From: Octopus sinensis
Lineage: Eukaryota
Assembly: GCF_006345805.1 (NCBI RefSeq)
Contig: NC_043006.1
Span: 6,448,001-6,512,000, forward strand
Direction: 5' to 3'
DNA length: 64,000 nt
The first letter of the stretch is position 1; every line of letters starts with the position of its first letter. The translations under genes were made by a program, and so were the position numbers. Shown here one piece after another: positions 49,017 to 62,704 of the stretch. The notes beneath the pieces are model-generated. The model saw only the letters and a list, made by a program, of their open reading frames with translations, had not been told where the DNA came from and searched no databases.

Positions 49017-49336
49017 ATCTATCTTTTCTTAGTAATTATCTCCTTTTTAATCTATTTTTCAAATGCATTTTTAGTTTTTCAAGCATTCTCTATTATTCCT
49101 GGTTGTTAAACATTAAATGGAGTACACCTTGTTTTAAGCCATTATTTCTATATGACATTCGCAACTATTTCTATGCAGTGCTAATTTGTGTGAATAACGC
49201 TCTGCTTTTATATTTAGGATATTTTCCATTGTTTGCAACTCTGTATTTGAATTTGTATAACTTACTCTTTAAATATTTGTTGAATTTCCTTTCTAATCTG
49301 TTCATCTGTATTTCTATCCCTTGATAGTGTCAGGCA

Positions 49337-49735
49337 AGGGGTGGAGGCGCAATGGCCCAGTGGTTAGGGCAGCGGACTCGCGGTCATAGGATCGCAGTTT
49401 CGATTCCCACACCGGGCGTTGTGAGTGTTTATTGAGCGAAAACACCTAAAAGCTCCACGAGGTTCCGGCAGGGGATGTTGGTGATCCCTGCTGTACTCTT
49501 TCACCACAACTTTCTCTCACTCTTACTTCCTGTTTCTGTTGTACCTGTATTTCAAAGGGCCGGCCTTGTCACTCTCTGTGTCACGCTGAATATCCCCGAG
49601 AACTACGTTAAGGGTGCACGTGTCTGTGGAGTGCTCAGCACACTTACACGTTAATTTCACGAGCAGGCTGTTCCGTTGATTCGGATCAACCGGAACCCTC
49701 GTCGTCGTAACCGACGGAGTGCTTCCATGTTCCAT
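49337..49735 (+). mobile_element. SINE family B, full length
   Basis: TSD GTGTCAGGCA at 49327-49336 and 49736-49745. Tail (TTCCATG)2. Confidence 0.92.
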
Positions 49736-50177
49736 GTGTCAGGCATGAAGTTGTCTGCACTGTATTTACATTACTCACTCTCGCTACAATTTTTTTTTCC
49801 AGTTTATGTTTAATCTCCTGCAGCTGTATTGCGCTGTATTACTTTCCGATTAGTGTTTCTATTTTTGTATTTTCCTGTTAAGCAGCGGTTATTGAATTTG
49901 TCTATTAATTATGTCTACAATACTGGAAGTGTTAAGTCGCACACAAATAGTCTGCCGACGAGTCTCACGTATAGAATACACAAGTTGAACACTTTTAGAT
50001 TAAATCACACTATTCTTGCTATCAGATGACAAAAAAAAAAAAATCCCATCTTGAAGTATTAAAAATCTAAATGAAACAAACAGGTAAGATAGAATTAATA
50101 AAATTAGCTTTCAAATTTAAGCTGAGTTTTAAAAAGTAAAAACAATGCAATTAGGGTTACAGCTACTCTTTCTAATC

Positions 50178-50558
50178 GGAAGCACTCCGTCGGTTACGAC
50201 GATGAGGGTTCCGGTTGATCCGAATCAACGGAACAGCCTGCTCGTGAAATTAACGTGTAAGTGGCTGAGCACTCCACAGACACGTGTACCCTTAACGTAG
50301 TTCTCGGGGATATTCAGCGTGACACAGAGAGTGACAAGGCCGGCCCTTTGAAATACAGGTACAACAGAAACAGGAAGTAAGAGTGAAAGAAAGTTGTGGT
50401 GAAAGAGTACAGCAGGGATCACCACCATCCCCTGCCGGAGCGTCGTGGAGCTTTAGGTATTTTCGCTCAATAAACACTCACAACGCCCGGTGTGGGAATC
50501 GAAACCGCGATCCTATGACCGCGAGTCCGCTGCCCTAACCACTGGACCATTGCGCCTC
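50178..50558 (-). mobile_element. SINE family B, full length
   Basis: TSD CTCTTTCTAATC at 50166-50177 and 50559-50570. Confidence 0.92.
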
Positions 50559-50674
50559 CTCTTTCTAATCAGCAGTGAAATGAACACACACATTTTCATA
50601 ATATAAGTTTTCCTCGGGTATATATATTCGGTTTAGTGTGGTATAACACACAATGATACATATTTAGAAGCATT

Positions 50675-51079
50675 TACTCTTTACTCTTTTACTTGTTTCA
50701 GTCATTTTGACTGCGGCCATGCTGGAGCACCGCCTTTAGTCGAGCAGATCGACCCGGGACTTATTCTTTGTAAGCCCAGTACTTATTCTATCGGTCTTTT
50801 TTGCCGAACCGCTAAGTGACGGGGACGTAAACACACCAGCATCGGTTGTTAAGCAATGCTAGGGAGACAAACACAGACACACAAACACACACATACATAT
50901 ATATATACATATATACGACAGGCTTCTTTCAGTTTCCGTCTACCAAATCCACTCACAAGGCATTGGTCGGCCCGGGGCTATAGCAGAAAACACTTGCCCA
51001 AGATGCCACGCAGTGGGACTGAACCTGGAACCATGTGGTTGGTTAGCAAGCTATTTACCACACAGCCACTCCTGCGCCT
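50675..51079 (-). mobile_element. SINE family A
   Basis: Full match to the other copies. Confidence 0.9.
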
Positions 51080-51315
51080 ATATTTATATATATTCCTAAA
51101 CTGAGTATATATTTAAGAAACTGCAGAGCTAAATATGATTGCGTTTTGGTAATACACATAACATGGATATTTACATGTTTGCTACATGTACTGTAATACT
51201 TCAATGTGATTCTATTATTCTATCGTCTTTGCAATTAAAACATAATTCTCCATGTATTTTTAAAATTGAAAAAGAAAGTATGTAGTAAAGTAAACAAAGG
51301 GTAAAGGGTACAAAA

Positions 51316-51620
51316 CCCCCTTCGGTCATGAACGATCATGGGATTGCACATATGAAGTTACCTTCCGAGGCAAAAGTCCGAGCAAGATTGTTTATGAAAG
51401 ACAAGCAGTCTCCCATGCACACCTGCCTTCCCTCTCCGCGCCACTGATGTTATCCAGTGGCATCGAAACTCATTTCTACAGCTGAGTGATCTGTAACAAC
51501 GTGTTCACTCAGGAACAACATGCTGCTCAAGAACAGAACACACAGCCCGGTCCGAGAATCGAACTCACTACTTCGAGATCGTGAGTCCGTCACTCTAACC
51601 ACCGAGCCATGCGCCTTCAC
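51316..51620 (-). mobile_element. Older tRNA-derived SINE (family D)
   Basis: Minus-strand head GAAGGCGCATGGCTCGGTGGTTAGAG..GAGTTCGATTCTC, followed by a CORE-like GTTCTTGAGCAG segment and a distinct tail. Confidence 0.65.
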
Positions 51621-52219
51621 TAAAGTCAATATTATTAGCTAATCCAGTCTTTTGGAAAAATAAAGATGCAGTTAGTAGTTGATGGGTCATTTAATAACAA
51701 CTGTTGAGCGCTTGAGATATATGTCTATGAAATAGAATACACCTCAGCGAGATGTATTCCGCTCGATGTCACAACACCTAAAAAGGATACACTTCCTAAA
51801 TGTATTGTGTCCTTAATTTCCATAATGTAGTGTTAGCGAATATCAATGGATTTCCATATCATACCGGTTGCTTTATAAGTTTTAGACACTTTGTAAACAT
51901 TCGTAGAAAAAATATTTTTTCTGTAACATACGGATAATTTCAGTTAATCAAAATTCTTCATGGTGTTGTGGTAAATATATGATGAGTTACTATAGATATA
52001 TGAGGCAAGGTGCTGATACATCCTTTTCATTTGTATCAGTGGCAGAACTGTGTAGAAGTTAAAATAGCATGCGAGTTGAACACTAGATTTTATATCATCT
52101 ATCCCTGTGGATTGTGGTTACAGGATTGCTTTTTTCTTCTAACTATTATTTGGTATGACAACGCTTTGCGTCCACTCCGCGAAAACTCTCACGAAGTCAT
52201 ATTGTTAATCAAAACTAAT

Positions 52220-52610
52220 GGAGTGGAAGCACTCCGTCGGTTACGACGACGAGGGTTCCGGTTGATCCGAATCAACGGAACAGCCTGCTCGTGAAATTAA
52301 CGTGTAAGTGGCTGAGCACTCCACAGACACGTGTACCCTTAACGTAGTTCTCGGGGATATTCAGCGTGACACAGAGAGTGACAAGGCCGGCCCTTTGAAA
52401 TGCAGGTACAACAGAAACAGGAAGTAAGAGTGAGAGAAAGTTGTGGTGAAAGAGTACAGCAGGGATCACCACCATCCCCTGCCGGAGCGTCGTGGAGCTT
52501 TTAGGTGTTTTCGCTCAATAAACACTCACAACGCCCGGTCTGGGAATCGAAACCGCGATCCTATGACCGCGAGTCCGCTGCCCTAACCACTGGGCCATTG
52601 CGCCTTCACG
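52220..52610 (-). mobile_element. SINE family B, full length
   Basis: TSD AATCAAAACTAAT at 52207-52219 and 52611-52623. Confidence 0.92.
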
Positions 52611-55436
52611 AATCAAAACTAATATCAGTATTTTCTTTATATTTCAATATATACAGATTAGTCTAAGTTTTAAATAATAGATTCCTTTTTTCTTAGTTCA
52701 TTGGGTGTTGGTCATTTGAATTATGTACTGTTTTATAAACTATTAACTGACAATTTCGTGTAATACACATTGTGTGGCATGTTTTATTCAGTATTTTATA
52801 CGATATATGCAATGTGTAGCGAGGGGTCTACCTGAATTATATAATAGGATGCTCTAAGGCATCAATCAGTCTTGTATTTCATGGATGGGAGCTACAAGTG
52901 CAAGTGTAAGATTCACCTGTTCTTTTTCTGTCCGGAAGTAGAACAAAATACAAAAATAGCAATATTTAGAGATCAAGACAAGAGTTGCTTTTACTGCTAC
53001 TTCTAGATGTCACACATCTTAGTTCGCATGATTTTCAATGGGGTTTAAAAACGAAGTGGTAGCGCTTTGAAATTGGTGTCACTACCACCAGGTAGATCCC
53101 CACCACGAAAAAGCTAAGGATTTCTTACTTCAGCAGCTAGCTGGCTTCAGAGCAAGCAATTCTACACTATCTGATGAAAGATTGGTATATCAGGTAATTA
53201 AGTTTGGCAGTTCAAAACATAGCAACACAAAATTAAGAAATTTAGGCCTACTCTGGAAACAACGATGCGTTTACAAACACACCCCAGAAGGGCGTCAGTC
53301 CACACGTACATTAAAATTTCCTCCATCTGGAGAGTTGTAACCCAAACGCCAACCCAAACACCAATTTTAAAGTCGTTAGGGGTAATCAACATAAGAAGCT
53401 TATATGTGGTAAATGTTTAGTCACTTAGAAGAGATGGGCAACTTCAAATCACCTTCCGACATAATCAACAAAATTAATATTTGTATTTATAGGAATTAGC
53501 ACTGATCCTAAATGGAAAGCGCATTGCAAAGTATTCCCGTCAAGAGTTTGTCACTTTACACTGTAAAGTATTCTAACATTTGCTATGGTATCTGTTTCTC
53601 CCACAAAAAGAAAAATCAATAATAATGTATTAATATTAATACTCGAATATAAATTTGAAAAAATCTATTTCCTTAATATTTTTCCATTAGTTTTTATAAA
53701 ACGTGTTCTCTCTCAGCAGCACCACCAACATACTAATTTTTACACTTGCTAACCCCCAGCACATATAAACATAGACCAAATTGAATGGAATGACATTATT
53801 ATCTTCTGAAAGCTCACGGAAACATAGTTAAAGTGGTTTTCGAAATTTCATTTTAAGTACGTTTCAAGTCTATGGGTGTGAATTAGTACACTTGAATAGA
53901 AAATATTTGAACATAAACATTATCTATATTTTTTAAGTAACATAACAGGGTTATTCACAGCATGATTGCACAGACTAGAGAGTGCAAGTTATAGGAATCA
54001 GAAACAAAATGTAAAAAAAATGAAAGAAGTTTGTGAATACATTAATCAGGTCACAGAAATGTAAAGAAATAAACCAGTAAATATTTGCTCTTATCTTCGC
54101 AGTTAATGAGAATTTCTAGTATACGAGCGTCGATGAAAATTAATTTTTAAATAGTTGTACCCATTGGAATATATTCAGACTTTTCGAGTTTCTAATTAAC
54201 GTCGTGATATACGATACCATTTTAATTTCCTGCAGGATTCACTCTTTGACACTTAATCTATATTTAAAACTCTCATAAAATACAATCTAACACAAAAAAA
54301 ATGTATAGATCTTTTGGAAGTAAATAATACAAAACTCTAAAACTTATACAAGTGAATAGCAAATAGATTAAAGTCAAATGCATTTAAATCGCGATAATAT
54401 TTTAATAAGCAATATTTCTATAAAACACGTGTTATAGTGCATAAAAATAATCTCGTTCTGTTGATTGTTTGGTCTTTTTTTTTGGAAGGGCAATAATGGT
54501 GGTTAATGATTTAGTGAAAGGAATAAACTTTACCTGAATTAAATGTTTGAGATATATCACATTTTCCCAGTTGTTTATGAAAGTAAATAATAATCTTGGT
54601 AACCTCCGCTAGTGACTTGTCAAATATTTGGTGTTTGTGTTTGTAGATATTAGGCGTTTTATTTTAATGACATTCGAGGAAACAAAAGACAAAGTAAATA
54701 CCAGTGGCTGTACGACTCAACCCCCCACTGGAATATAACTAAATACACTAAAATATAGTTCGAGAAATCATTAGTACATACAAGACTAATAATCGACTTA
54801 TATGGTGAATAGCTAGTTATCGTTTATATAATATGCAATGCTAGAGTACTTAATAAAAATGTGTTAAAATTAATATGTGTAAGGAAAATAATATCGAATA
54901 TTAGCTATTTTCTATGCGTCCTAGTTAGGTGCCTTGACGCATAGATTCGAATTCATTCCACTTACGTCACTAATAGAGGCGGAAGAATTCAGTTCGTGGA
55001 GGAATGAATTCAACAAAATGATTGACACAATATGTCAAGCACAATAACAGCACATTGATAGTGCAGAAAATGCTACACTAGCTTAATAAAATTAACTGCA
55101 TTTGCAGAATTATGATAAAAATAAAAGAAAATAAAGGTAAAATGTTATCTATGGGTTTTGTGGAGCTTAAGTAATATCATAACAAGGATGAAATCACTTT
55201 ATGCCGGCTAGAATTCTTTGTCTTTAAAGCCATTCTATTCCAAATATTAGAATAAGGATTAAGTATATGGCATTGAAGTTGCTTACCAGATGCTGAGGAG
55301 TAAAATGTGTGGCTAATATGTACATCGCATCCGTCATCTAATATTTCCTAACCGTCTTGCATTGTCTGCAGAGGAATAAATATTGTCAGGCGGTCCATCT
55401 GCGTTGAGCACCCGCTACATGGTGATCTGGGTATGC

Positions 55437-55669
55437 TGTGGCTGGGCAGAATTGTTAGCACGCCGGGCGAAATGCATAGCCGTATTTTGTCTGCCGCTAT
55501 GTTCTGAGTTCAAATTCCGCCCAGGTCGACTTTGCCTTTCATCCTTTCGGGGTCGATAAATTAAGTACCAGTTACTAACTGGGGTCGGTGTAATCGACTT
55601 AATACCTATGTCTGTCCTTGTTTGTCCCCTCTGTGTTTAGCCCCTTGTGGGTAATAAAGAAATAGGTAT
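55437..55669 (+). mobile_element. SINE family C
   Basis: Collinear with 28328-28555. Confidence 0.88.
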
Positions 55670-56099
55670 AATGACAAGCCTTGAGGCAACAAAATTTCCA
55701 GCGCTTCCTTGACGATTAAGAGTTGTAGTCGCCGTTCGCCAGATGCGCGCTTTCCCAGTCTGCTGGTCTCCTTGAAGGAGTTTCAGTCTTGAATGAATCA
55801 AGAACCAAGAGAAAGCATTTGTAAAATAAAGTGCCATCAAACGGTCTCAGCTCTCAGCCAGGTGGACACTGCGATAGGTTGAAAGTCCACTTTAGCGTTC
55901 TATAGACGATTAATGGTCGGAAAGTGCGACGGAGCTCTTGAAGAAACCCTAGGTGTTAAAGATCATCAACTAAAAAACTGCGTTACGGAGAACTTTCAAC
56001 CGATGAGTAACTTCCAGACATCACCCGCCTGGCAGTGTTACCGGTGAGACTTACTCTTTCCAGATAAATCCTACTGGTACAGAAGTTAGCCTAACATGT

Positions 56100-56990
56100 C
56101 ATGATGCGTGCAGGGCGACGAAGCAACCCTGAACTCAAATCAATTCTGATTTCTCTGACATATTACTCGAAATCGGTTGTTAGTGTTCCGAGTGGCCCTA
56201 CAACTCCACTCACCTCATGGTCCACATTCTTGAAATTTCGTCTTTTAGTAGTCTGTACTTTTCAATATTTTCTAAATCTCTGTCACCTATACATGCATCC
56301 CCAGGTATTGCAATATCTATAATCTTGGTTTCCTCTTTCCCTCTAACTACATCAACATCTGATTTCCGAGCATCGATTAGAGGGTCACATTGTATTGTAA
56401 AATACGATCGGTTTTCTTGTCATTTACCAGTAAGGATAACTAAAGCAGCAGTTTTAGCAAGGGTCTTCATCCGTTTACCTTTTCTGTGTTTGCTTCCGAT
56501 ACAACTAATTCTGGGATTTGTTATACTTGGAATTCACTTAGGTATCAGTTTACCTGTTTTGTCCTAAGTATTACTTTTTCTTGTTTTCGTGCTTTAAGGC
56601 AAATTTTAGCATCTAGTCATCAGAGTTTTTCCGGCAAGTGTTTAAGCGAATTGTGGAAACCTTCATTGTTAATTCTAGTTGTAAAAGTCCACGGCCATCC
56701 TCTTTTCTTGGCAAGTAAAGTCGTTCTGTATATGACTTATTGTGATGCATTCTATGCATTGTCTACAATTTTTGCATTTTTCAGTCAAGATTACAGATCT
56801 CAGTAATTGATCGCTGTGATCCCGTTTCTTACGTTCAGCTCTGTCTTTAGTATTTCCCTTACCCTGTGATAATATTCTGTTCTGAACTTTACACTCATCA
56901 TTGAATGTATTATTTGATCACCTACAAAACTGCAAGGTATTTGTAACTCTCTGCCGGGTCTTATTTCTTTAAAACATTTTGTCGTCCAGA
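56100..56990 (-). mobile_element. Decayed R4/Dong-like LINE fragment (region after RT)
   Basis: EYYHRVREILKTELNVRNGITAIN, matching the long copy near 32200-32260. Confidence 0.6.
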
Positions 56991-57039
56991 ATTAACGTTA
57001 TTATTATAGACGTCGCACAGTATACAATATCGAGAGGTT

Positions 57040-58180
57040 GTTGCTTGAAGATATTGTATCTAGCGAGTTTGTGCTTTTTGTCAAGTCACAACAACGACCT
57101 CAGACAGTACTTTACGCAATATGCGTGTAGTTCCAAGTAATGCTAACTTTTGCAATACACCTAAATTGTGGGGTATTTCTAAAGTTTTCAGATTGGGTCT
57201 TATTGAACGCAATGCCAATGACAATAGGGATAATCTTTATGCTGCTACCTCTTAACCATCTCAATTCTTAAGTCTTCATATTTATCAACTTTTTCTCTTT
57301 CTTTCTTGATGATACGTTGATCATCTGTCACTGTCTTGTCAATTTTTGGCACTCTTGTTTGTTCCTCTTAATGGTTACTATACCCAGTCTTCGGTGCTCT
57401 AATATCTTGTGTGTCTGGAAGTCAAAGTCCCATAGGAATTTTGAATTCCCCTTTTCGTCCATTTCCTTTTGCGGTGTATGTTGGTACCAAGCACCCGTAA
57501 CCTCATATCCATTCATACCTCATAGTAGTCAGTGAAGGTTTGGGGATACCTTGTTGTGTCTACGCTTGTACTCTTTCTGTACAAGGCTTTCACAAGCACT
57601 AACAATATGAGTCACGTTTTCGACGCTCTTCCCACACATTCTGCTGTGGTCCGTTGCACTTGTGTGGTATATATTATTTTTTCCCTGAGTTGCTATTCAA
57701 TGTCTGGGGCAGCGATTATTAGGCTTTCGGTATTCTTTGTCAGGTCACCCTTGTGAGCAAACCCCATGATGCTTCCTGGTCTTTAAAGTTGTTGGTTTCA
57801 CGGTAGAATTGACCATGTAATTTCATGCAGAGTAGGGTTTCTTCTCTTCCGTTGGCTGTACTTGATCGGAATTCATGAGCACTCTCAAGTCCATTTTTGT
57901 TAAATACTTCTGCATTAGCAGTATACTAGAGTAGTTCTTCTTTCCTATTTACCAAATATTCTGCCATGTTTCTTCTTTCACTGTTGATGCACTCACCTAC
58001 GCTAATCAACCCACATCCACCTTTAACCCTCTTCATGTAGAGCCTGTGTATATTCGCCTTAGTGTGGAGGGCAACATAGATTGTCATTGTCTTTCGGGTA
58101 TGGTGATCAAGTCGGTTAATCTCCGCTTGTGTCCATTTCAGAATGAGTGCACCATTGAGTTTTGATTTCAAGAGACGTTT
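57040..58180 (-). mobile_element. 3' fragment of an R4/Dong-like LINE with 3' UTR
   Basis: KWTQAEINRLDHHTRKTMTIY..HTKANIHRLYMKR..GGCGL; FLWDFDFQTHKILEHRR; IIPIVIG. Short AAT tail near 57000. Confidence 0.75.
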
Positions 58181-58219
<39 letters not shown>

Positions 58220-58256
58220 GTCATCGTCGTCGTCGTCGTCGTTGTTGTTGTTGTTG

Positions 58257-58299
<43 letters not shown>

Positions 58300-58308
58300 G
58301 ATGATGAT

Positions 58309-58355
<47 letters not shown>

Positions 58356-58400
58356 AGAAGAAGAAGAAGAAGAAGAAGAAGAGAAGAAGAAGAAGAAGAA
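58180..58400. repeat. Compound trinucleotide array (TCA/TCG/TTG/TTA/TGA/GAA)
   Basis: Directly visible. Confidence 0.95.
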
Positions 58401-58789
58401 AATTTGGTCTTCAAAATTGTGCCAATGCTGCTTTCGAGAAAGCGAAATTGATAAACTCCAATTCAGTTGAGTCAGATGTTGTAACCTCTGTAAAAAGGAC
58501 TTGAACAAGAACAAACAAAATACCTTTTAGCAAATGAAGACCCTTTATCCCCCCTATTGATAATTAGGAATGAATTTAGTATGAATGTATGATAGAGAAG
58601 GCTGGGAGGAGTGTTGTGGGAAATCTGAGCAAAATGCATGCAACAAGGTGTTTGCCATAAATTCCTGTGCAGTTTTAGTCGTTACTTATAGCTTCAATTT
58701 GTTGAATGGAATATCAGGGAAACAAAAGGTAAATAGAGAAAAATTCGTAAGTAACTGACTTGTAATCAGATGCAACACCCAAAGCCAGA

Positions 58790-59800
58790 CATGAGAGCTC
58801 AAAGGAGATTGAGGCGTAATTCAACTTGTTTGAACTTTCTTACAAAACTACAACAGTTTCACTGACATAATATCTCGAAGCATCTGACGATTTGACACTC
58901 AATCACGTTGAAAGTCACAAGAGGTGTAAGAAGTTTCATTCTATCTTGAATGAAAGCAAAATATTTGCCAATAATTTCATGGATGTTACCCAGCCTCAAT
59001 ATAGAAACATGGCCTTTCATATTTTAAAAAGAAAATAATATTACTAGCGATGAAAATCGTGCATGAATAATTGGCTTCCTGGAGAGTGCAGAAACCCATG
59101 CATGGCAAATATGTTGCCGCTATCAAACAAGGTGATGCTAAATTGAAACACAACTATCGGTGTCCATGAGGATCTGGGCTAGCGGTAGAGACTGAGGGAT
59201 TCATCTTTGCTGCTCAATACCAAATCATATTTACCAGCAATTACCAGGCCAATGAAAAGTGAAAATAGATTCAAATTGCCAACTTTTGATGAATGAGAAT
59301 AAACAAGTGGATCATTTAATCTTTGGATGTAAAGTTTTAGCGCCAGTAGGGTATAAATCAACACATGACAGAGATGGCCAACACATATACTGTTTAAATA
59401 TTTCGGCATCATAAAATCATAATTATTGACAGCCTTGAGGCTGTAACTGAAGAAGAAATCGTAACCAATTTTTGGGACTTCCTTGTACATACAAACATTA
59501 AAGCTTATAAACTGGATATTGTTGTGAAAGACCTAAGTAATATAATGTTTATTGATTGATATGAGTATCTCTTGTGTGCATAAAATTGTGGCAAGTGTCT
59601 CACAAGATCAGAAATTATAAAGATTTGCTCACAGAAATTGAAATTTAGCATCTTAAAGCGTTTAAAATACCAGTTATCGTAGTGACACTAGGAAGGATAT
59701 AAAGAAGAGTCAGACAATTATTAGAGAAAGTTCTCTTGCTTACCATAGCTGTAAACATTACCCCCAAAATTGCTTTAGCTGACACGTCTTACGTATTGAG
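58790..59800 (+). mobile_element. Highly decayed R4/Dong-like LINE fragment
   Basis: TEGFIFAAQ; VDHLIFGC; WDFLVHT..KLDIVVKD; YKDLLTEI; IPVIVVTLG. Confidence 0.6.
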
Positions 59801-60040
59801 AAGAGAATTCTCGCTGTGAAATCGATTACCATCCTTGGAAACAATTTCTTTTCATAACATTGATCTTGCAAAGAAACAATCTGGTGTTTGTCTTTTAATG
59901 GCTTATCAACGAATACAGTGGGTTTCTTCGCCCTAGATGCCGGGAGGAAACTTGACGAAATATGGAAACAAAATTGAAAGCGAGTACAAGTAATAATAAT
60001 GATATTAACAATAATAATGATAATAATGATGATGATAATA

Positions 60041-60072
<32 letters not shown>

Positions 60073-60101
60073 TAATAATAATAATAATGATGATGATGAT
60101 G

Positions 60102-60164
<63 letters not shown>

Positions 60165-60193
60165 TTAATAATAATAATAATAATAATAATAAA

Positions 60194-60748
60194 TGCCCTG
60201 ATGCAGTACCAGGCAGTGGCTCTCATGGCTTCTGATCTTAACTGATTGGAATTGTTATTATGTACATTGTTTTGTCTTGGTATAAAAGATGGGCTACAGC
60301 AAATATTCTGCTCAATACCACAGATTTGCTTGTCAGTCGTTTGACCTTAACCAGTTGAGCATGTCCCTTAGTGGCTGACGATATGTGCATCTCTGATCAC
60401 GAGCAGAAGTAGTGGGGGAGCATCATAGCCATGTGTTGAGAGGGATTCTTTGGGGTTTGAATAATTCACCTCTGGAAACATGGGTGGTTCTTTCAACATC
60501 TTTAAACAACCCTTATTCAGGGACCTTTTGAGCGGGATGGGCTACTCAACCTGAAGAAAATTCTAACTGGGCCCCACCTGCAAGGTCATGTGCTGTTTAT
60601 CTTGATATGAGATCACCATGTCGCGCACATATGGTTGTGATGCATGTGCCTGGTGTACCCTTATCAGACGGGTAGTCATGATGGGTATATTGGGCTTCGT
60701 ATATTTTACCCCAGTGTCACTTTGATGGCATGAACTGTTCTCTCACTC
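60194..60748 (+). mobile_element. ~555-bp (AAT)n-anchored non-coding repeat, complete young copy
   Basis: Embedded in (AAT)n on both sides (59990-60192 and 60749-60840). Matches two copies near 30 kb. Confidence 0.85.
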
Positions 60749-60780
60749 AATAATATAATAATAATAATAATAATAACAAC

Positions 60781-60814
<34 letters not shown>

Positions 60815-61029
60815 TAATAATAATAATAATAATAATGATAAACATTATCAAAAGTACTTTTAAATGTACATAATAGCAAACATCTGTTACTGTCATCTTA
60901 AGATAACACTTATATCATCTTTTAATGAAATTACTTTTAAAACAAACTTCTTATTTTCTTATATTTTATAACCCGACGTTAAGATTCTTTTGTTTTCGAA
61001 AAGTGTAATCTGTTGACTGTATATGAAAA

Positions 61030-61175
61030 TAATAACACAGAAAGTAGCAGTACTAGGCACCGCGCAACGTAAAGCACTTTCGATTATAGTAAAAATAAGT
61101 ACATCACAACAAACGACAGCACCTTCCCAAGGCACACTGAGCTGTGCTCGGTAGTACTGTGAAAGCACGTTAACA
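61030..61175 (+). mobile_element. Extreme 3' end of an R4/Dong-like LINE
   Basis: QKVAVLGTA..RKALSI* followed by a short UTR ending in GAATAAT. Confidence 0.5.
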
Positions 61176-61228
61176 AAATAAGACTACTGAATAATAGTTC
61201 TTGGTTTACTTCTCAACATTATATATGT

Positions 61229-61262
<34 letters not shown>

Positions 61263-62405
61263 ATCTATGTGTGTGTGTCTGTGTAATTGCGTGTGTGTGA
61301 TGGCAATATTTTCAAGCTCACAAAGAATGGACTGTGACAAGCGAATTCAAGAACTCTGCTGTGAAGATTAATCATTTAACGGCTTCTATTATACAATTGA
61401 CAGGAATCAGCTAGGAAATTTGAAACCGCAAAATGTTTACATTTACTGAGCGCTTATCTTTTGCTTTGAGGCTCACTCAAATGTTTCTGGCTTGTTTTTA
61501 TGTAAAGAAAAACAAATGATCAACAATGTTCTATATGTGTCACACTCATGTCATTTATTTAATGTTTCTTCTTTTTAATCAAACTGCATAACAAATGAGT
61601 TTCCTATTGTAGGGTGTGCGATGATTAAACATACTCATACACTCGAAATAATACAATCAACCCTTGAATTGCAATGAAATAAAAATGATAAAACAAGTCT
61701 CTAAAATCTCAAGTGGAAATAAATTGCATTTCTACAGCAGTCAGGTACAAAATAAACTATTATTCCTTCTCCTCTACGAGGGCATTTAATTTGAACTAAA
61801 CACTGTAGTGTTCATGTTAATGTAGTTTTTATTACTATCAAATTGGATTTATTTCCTTTTAGCAACAGTTTTCGGTTGTGGAAGTTGATTAAATAGACAC
61901 AAGAAACACACAGAACTATTAAACAACAATAAAACATTCATAGTTACATAATAAAAACTCGTTCTTGAAACAGATAAATTTCACCTTATTTTTAATTTAT
62001 CGATTTTCTTAGAAAAGCTCACAACGACGACTTACATGTTGCTAAAAACGGGTTTTTCTTTTCTTTGATACATTGTAGTCGATTCCCTGTGAGTAATCAC
62101 AAAACATTTCAAATACACCCTTTCATTTATCTCCCACTTCCAGTTGAAAGAATATCCTGACGTACTTTGCAATACTAATCGTTGTAGATAACATTCTTAA
62201 TTGATAGAAAATGCCCCAGATTCTATTACATGGCTGTCTATACATAAAAGACACTTGTGAACACTTATCGTCTCGATTCGTTCCGATTGTATACAATAAT
62301 AATTTAAATGAGAACGTACGCTAGATTAAAAAATTATTTAACACGAGTATGTAATTGTGTTCAGCTATGCCTATTTATCGTTTAGTGATGTTCAATTTAA
62401 AACTA

Positions 62406-62704
62406 TTGTTTTATTTAGGAATGGTCATTTTGCCAGTTTAGCCAGTAAAAATACACGCACTATATATTTGGTTTTACTTTGCTTCAGTGTTATTTATTTT
62501 TTACATTAATCTTAATCTTCTTTCGGCCAGAGTTCTTTCGTCACACTCCTGTGACCTCATCAGTGGCCCTTTGCTTTCTTCTTTCTTATTTGTGTGTCTC
62601 TCCTTACTAACGGTCAGCCATTTTGAAGCAAAGTAAGACCAAATATATAGTGCGTGTGTTTTTACTGGCTAAACTAGCAAAATGACCATTCCTAAATACA
62701 ACAA
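62406..62704. mobile_element. ~300-bp element with ~80-bp inverted repeats, TA-flanked
   Basis: 62406-62486 matches the reverse complement of 62624-62704 with about 4 mismatches. TA at 62404-62405 and 62705-62706. Confidence 0.85.
62525..62568 (-). ncRNA. Candidate minimal type-I hammerhead ribozyme inside the inverted-repeat element
   Basis: Minus strand: GGCCA-CTGATGA-G-GTCACA(GGAG)TGTGAC-GAAA-G(AA)C-TC-TGGCC. Confidence 0.7.

Noticed and set aside
54945-55010. GAATTCATTCC/GGAATGAATTC hairpin as a possible pre-miRNA
   Set aside because: Only 11 contiguous pairs with a large loop; too short for a Drosha substrate.
55680-56050. Possible GIY-YIG C-terminal remnant (..VKEALEI..)
   Set aside because: A single short motif with stops; too weak to annotate.
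60220-60250. Faint similarity of the 555-bp element end to U2 snRNA
   Set aside because: Only a short AT-rich match; no branch-point recognition or Sm-site context.
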